Source of the DNA: an uncultured delta proteobacterium
Lineage (GTDB): Bacteria > Desulfobacterota > Binatia > UBA9968
Reading direction: 5' to 3'
NCBI GenBank assembly: GCA_963745035.1
Contig: CAVUVW010000013.1
Location: 1,184,001-1,248,000 of the forward strand
Length of the DNA: 64,000 bases
The notes under the pieces were generated by a model that ran no database searches, had not been told where the DNA came from, and saw only the letters and a program-made list of their open reading frames with translations. Of this stretch, positions 59,959 to 64,000 are shown one piece after another (positions within the stretch are counted from its first letter, which is position 1; each line of letters opens with the position of its first letter). The position numbers were made by a program, and so were the translations under genes.

Positions 59959-61455
59959 TCACGGAACAGACTTCAATTGTGCAAATACCGTATCCAGTCG
60001 CTTGGACGCACCGTCCAACTTTTGGCGCGTGCTTTCCAACCATTCCCGATCGGTTTTTAACCCTGCTCGCTGGGCCGCGAGCATGCGTGCGACTTCCGCT
60101 GGCTGCGGGCCGCCGACCACGCGCGCCGATTGAACCATATTCTCGGCCGTCAGCGATTTTCGAAACTGCGCCTCGCTCAACGGCAGCTGCGCGTTGGTCA
60201 TTTTGAAAGACTTCGCCGCGTCGATGTAAATTCGTTTTGCCTGATCGTAAGGAATATCGACCGGCCGGAGATTATTCCCGCGCCCAAAATTGACCAGTTC
60301 CGACGCAAAGTGATGGCCGACGCGAAATGGCACGTCGGCGTCGCGCTGCAATACGTCCGCAAGTTCGGTCGTCGTCGAATAGTCAGCATTGACCTCATCC
60401 AGCGCGCGCTTGGCGTTGAAATTGAGCTGCTTCGCGACCGCCGTGAGATTGTTCAACATGCGCGCCATCCGATCGAGCCCTTCCACTGGCTCCCTGCCTT
60501 TATAGTCACCGAGTCCGTGCGGCACGTTATGCGCTTTGAAAAGATAAGTTGTGCTGATCCCCAAAACCTCGCTCGCCGCGACGCGGATATTGTGCAGCGC
60601 GTTGGGATTGCGCTTTTGCGGCATGATACTGCTGGTGCCGGTCAGTTCGCCTTCTTCGAGTGTCAGCCACGGCGTGGTCATGCGGTATTGCGCTTCAAGA
60701 TCGGAAATGAAGGTTCCGACCGTCAGCGCCGCCGCGCTCGCAACGCTCACGAGCTCGACGCCGGTGTCGATCGGTGAAATCTGATTCGCATCGAGGGAAT
60801 TTTCCACGATTCCGTCAAAACCCAGCAATTCGGCAAGCCGGGCGCGATTGACGGGGAAACTCGAAGTTCCCAACGCCGCGGAGCCAAGCGGCGATTTATT
60901 GACGTTAGCGTAGGCGCGGCGCAGCCGCTCGGCGTTGCGCTCAAGCGCCTCCACGTAGGCGAGAATGTAGTGACCAAAGGAAATGGGCTGCGCCTGCACG
61001 CCGACGGTGTATGCGGGCACGATCGCGTCAGGATATTTCGCCGCAAAATCCAGCAGCGTCGCTCGCGCGTTGTTGAGCGCCGCCAACGTGGTTAAGACTT
61101 GCGCGCGCTGAAATAATCGGTTGCGAGTCGCGCCGATATCCTGCCGGCTGCGCCCGGAATGCATCCGTGTCACGTCCGCCCCGCCCGCCGCGATTAGGAA
61201 TTTTTCCAACTCGAGGTAATCGCCCGGCCGCTTCGCGCCGGCTTTCTCCCCATCAGCGATCACTTGAGACACCGATTCCGCAATCACCTTGCCCAGCGTT
61301 TTCGGCACGATGCCCTGCTCCACCACCATCACCGACGACGCTTTGTTCATCTCTCCCAAATAGTAAAACTCGTCGCGTCTTTCCTGCGCGTAGACGCGAG
61401 TTGTTATCAAAGCCAACCCTAAAGCTGACATCACAAAGATTCTACGGAGATTCAT
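59959..61455 (-). CDS. Argininosuccinate lyase-like protein (fumarase/aspartase superfamily) with N-terminal signal peptide
   Basis: HSGRSRQD, QAQP, SPLGSAAL, SSIMPQKRNP and PFRVGH motifs; MNLRR-hydrophobic-VYA signal. Confidence 0.85.
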   Translation of the reverse strand: MNLRRIFVMSALGLALITTRVYAQERRDEFYYLGEMNKASSVMVVEQGIVPKTLGKVIAESVSQVIADGEKAGAKRPGDYLELEKFLIAAGGADVTRMHSGRSRQDIGATRNRLFQRAQVLTTLAALNNARATLLDFAAKYPDAIVPAYTVGVQAQPISFGHYILAYVEALERNAERLRRAYANVNKSPLGSAALGTSSFPVNRARLAELLGFDGIVENSLDANQISPIDTGVELVSVASAAALTVGTFISDLEAQYRMTTPWLTLEEGELTGTSSIMPQKRNPNALHNIRVAASEVLGISTTYLFKAHNVPHGLGDYKGREPVEGLDRMARMLNNLTAVAKQLNFNAKRALDEVNADYSTTTELADVLQRDADVPFRVGHHFASELVNFGRGNNLRPVDIPYDQAKRIYIDAAKSFKMTNAQLPLSEAQFRKSLTAENMVQSARVVGGPQPAEVARMLAAQRAGLKTDREWLESTRQKLDGASKRLDTVFAQLKSVP

Positions 61456-61511
61456 CTGTTTTTCCTCCCAGTAAGGTTTTTCGTGAACGCGAGGACTATC
61501 TAGACCGAGAT

Positions 61512-62753
61512 CTACTGCAACGGCAACGTGAACAACTGCTGATCCGGTTGGATCAGATGTTCGTGACCCTTCTCCGTGACCGCGCAGGTATATTCGACTT
61601 GCACGGTGCCCCAGCCGGCTTCGTGATTGGAGGCTTCCAGGTTGACCGTCATACCGGGCTCCATCGGGATATTCGTCGTGTTCGGCAGGAACGGATCGTC
61701 GACTTCTTCGGCCGGACCGAGCAGAAACGGAAACTCTCGCGCTTCCAGGCCGATGGTGTGGCCGAGAAAGAAATTCGAATAGTTCGGCAAACCGTTAGCA
61801 CGCACACCCGCGATCATGGTTTCGTAAAGCTCTTGCGGCCGCACGCCGGGTTTGAGCGCGTCGACCGATTTGAGCACGCCGGCCTGAATGGCATCGTAGC
61901 GCTTGCGATGCTCGGCTGTCGGCTCCGCGCCGACGCAGCCGGATTTGCACACGTCCGCGTGGTAGCCGTTGATCGAGCAGCCCATGTCCACGCGGAAGAT
62001 GTCGCCCTTCTGTAGCACGTTGTCCTTGATTGCCGGGAAATTGCCACCGCGCGTAACCGCCATGTGCATCCAATACACTTGGCCACCCGCTTTGGCGATT
62101 TCGCCTTTGTAGATGCTCGCCAGCTCGTTTTCCGTCACTCTGGGTCTGCACGCTCGCAGCATCGTATGGATCGCCTGTTCGTTGATCTCCGCTGATTCTC
62201 TAAGGCGACGAATCTCTTCCGGAGTTTTGATCATGCGGACGTAGCGAAAAAACATCGAAGCCGGCAACAAAGTCGCGTGCGGCAGCCCCGCTCTAATTCT
62301 CTCGTAAATCGTAATCGGAATCGCGAAGTGGTCCATGCCGATGCGGCCATTGGCCATGCCCTTCTCTTCGATGAGCTGGGCCAGTGCCTTTTCCGGCGTC
62401 AGACCCTTGGATTCGCTCGCGGCAAGCTTCACGGTTCGCTGCTCGACAGCGGAGAGTTTTGCCATGTCGGCAATATGTGGATTCCGCGGCCGGCCGTAAA
62501 TGTACTTCTCTTCAACCCAGACGGCATCGAGCGACGCATAGCCGACGTCACCGCCGGGAATCAGCAAAGCCGGTTTCTGCTTTGGATCGCGCGGATAGAC
62601 GACGTAGACCTGCGAGCCGCCGTAGCGATAACCGTTCTGGCTCCACGACGCATGGCCGCTGAGATAGTAAATGTTCTCCGGCGTCGCCGCGACCACGCCC
62701 GCGAGATCGAATTTGTCCATCAAAGCATGAAGACGTTCTTTGTTGTAAAGCAT
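61512..62753 (-). CDS. M24 family Xaa-Pro peptidase-like protein with intact metal ligands
   Basis: VDMG...YHAD, GHTIGLE, NLE and QVE (D,D,H,E,E set); GGAGGAG RBS. Confidence 0.85.
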   Translation of the reverse strand: MLYNKERLHALMDKFDLAGVVAATPENIYYLSGHASWSQNGYRYGGSQVYVVYPRDPKQKPALLIPGGDVGYASLDAVWVEEKYIYGRPRNPHIADMAKLSAVEQRTVKLAASESKGLTPEKALAQLIEEKGMANGRIGMDHFAIPITIYERIRAGLPHATLLPASMFFRYVRMIKTPEEIRRLRESAEINEQAIHTMLRACRPRVTENELASIYKGEIAKAGGQVYWMHMAVTRGGNFPAIKDNVLQKGDIFRVDMGCSINGYHADVCKSGCVGAEPTAEHRKRYDAIQAGVLKSVDALKPGVRPQELYETMIAGVRANGLPNYSNFFLGHTIGLEAREFPFLLGPAEEVDDPFLPNTTNIPMEPGMTVNLEASNHEAGWGTVQVEYTCAVTEKGHEHLIQPDQQLFTLPLQ

Positions 62754-62779
62754 GTGAATGCTCCTCCAATGTCATTAGC

Positions 62780-62841
62780 TGGAGTGATGGAGTATTGGGT
62801 CGGAAATCACCACTCCATCATTCCATTACTCCATCACTCCA
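62780..62841. repeat. Inverted 8-mer repeat array (TGGAGTNA / TNACTCCA)
   Basis: TGGAGTGA TGGAGTAT TGG...CACTCCA TCATTCCA TTACTCCA TCACTCCA. Confidence 0.75.
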
Positions 62842-62847
62842 ATCTTC

Positions 62848-64000
62848 CTACACGCCGTTTTCCGATCGCCACGGCCGCGCTTCCAGCGGCTTCACCGCGA
62901 CTTCGAGTACCGCCGGCCCCTGATGGGCCAACGCCCGATTTAACGCCGGTTTCAATTCATCCGGTTTCTCGACTCGCTCGCCGAAAGCGCCGAGAGCGCG
63001 CGCCACGCCGGCGTAGTCGCCGCGCAGGGCAATGCCGATCTCGTGGCCTTTGAAGCGCTCGTGCAAGGTTTCGCGACTCGCGCCGAGACTTTCGTTATTG
63101 AGAATCACCGTCAAGGTGCGGATCTCGTTGCGCGCCGCGGTTTCGATTTCCATGCCGGTCATGCCGAACGAGCCGTCGCCGGTGAAATTCACCACGGTCT
63201 TGTCGGGATTGCCCAACTTCGCGCCCAAGGCCGCCGGCGTCGACCAGCCCATGGCGCTGGTGCCGCCGAAGCCGATGAAGCCGAGAGGATTCAAAGCTTC
63301 ATAGTGATGCGATACGTAGGCGCGCGTCACTCCCGCGTCGTGCAGCAGGATAGTTTTTTGGCGTCGAGCCGGTGCGTGATATCCCAACACGCGCGATACG
63401 GATTCATCGGAATCTCATTCGAAGTGAGGCGAGGATTCCATGACTCCAACCATTTCCCCTTGAGATCTTTGATTTCCGCGGCAACATCGGCCGCCATGCC
63501 CTTTCGGTACCCACCGAGCTTCTCTGCTCCTCGCTGGAGCAGCGCGCGCAAGAAAAGTTGAATGTCGGAAAGAATCACCAGGTCCGCCGGATAGTTCTTG
63601 TGCAGCTCGGCGGGATCGATATCCACCTGGACGAGCTTGGCGTGCGCCGGCTTGGGCAGCCAGCTCGACGTCGCGTGCTGGCGAAAGGCGCAGCCGAGCG
63701 CGATCACGAGATCGGCTTCTTCGGCGAACTTGCGCGATTGGCCGGTGCTGTAGACCGCGCGCGGGTAGCCGCCGAGACCGAGGCAGAGCGGATGATCCTC
63801 CGGCATCGCGCCTTTTGCCGGAAGCGTCGCCATCACGGGGAGCGTGTAAGTTTCCGAAAGCTTGACGAGATCGTCGGTCGCCCGGGACCAAAGCGCGCCT
63901 CGTCCGGCGTATATCAAAGGCCGTTTCGCGCCTTGCAGTAATTCGATGAGATTGTCGACGTCGTCGGGATCGGGGCCATAGCGCACGCGCCGCGTTTTTG
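62848..64000 (-). CDS. Thiamine-pyrophosphate-dependent enzyme (acetolactate synthase-like), 5' end outside the window; homopolymer frameshift near 63356
   Basis: AKRPLIYAGRG, ADLVIALG, SAMGW and TGDGSFGM...LNN TPP motif. Confidence 0.88.

Noticed and set aside
59959-61455. Calling the lyase argH
   Set aside because: It has a signal-peptide-like N-terminus and an altered catalytic His region, and no arg genes are nearby.
478-63941. Long antisense or alternate-frame ORFs (e.g. 6842-7993, 21689-23125, 30185-31621, 50746-52389, 55277-56833)
   Set aside because: They overlap well-supported genes, are Arg/Ala/Gly-rich and lack motifs, as expected for shadow ORFs in high-GC DNA.
11828-64000. More than 15 frameshifted genes read as mass pseudogenisation or programmed frameshifting
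   Set aside because: Those I traced are isolated single-base indels in otherwise intact, motif-complete genes, some in homopolymers (e.g. 63354-63359). I saw no shared slippery motif. Uncorrected long-read error is the simplest explanation; read polishing would settle it.

Overview
GC-rich (~60% by eye) bacterial chromosome segment with about 55 mostly metabolic and transport genes. I saw no rRNA, tRNA, CRISPR array, prophage or intact transposase. The gene content (orphan NMT1/THI5 and TctC binding proteins, class III CoA-transferases, LLM monooxygenase, Rieske oxygenase, MmgE/PrpD, hydantoinases) suggests a soil or sediment 'Deltaproteobacteria'/Ca. Binatia-like organism; this is inference only. 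Many genes carry single-base frameshifts that look like long-read errors. Main items: (1) an ~8 kb co-oriented sigma-54 module (porin, tandem-domain lipoprotein, enhancer-binding protein with a pseudo-receiver, two small unknown proteins, periplasmic protein, binding protein) with -24/-12 promoters and a shared TGT-N11-ACA enhancer motif but no kinase; (2) a 12 kb catabolic cluster with a duplicated nitroreductase + hydantoinase-B module, one hydantoinase A, PrpD and two metal-site-degenerate M24 proteins; (3) an HExxH metallopeptidase + ATP-grasp ligase pair; (4) about ten distinct families of intergenic palindromic or 7/8/9-mer repeats, including a MITE-like element in two inverted copies; (5) a signal-peptide-bearing argininosuccinate-lyase-like enzyme; (6) a Phd/VapC toxin-antitoxin pair with a clear operator; (7) two structured intergenic regions that could encode ncRNAs.
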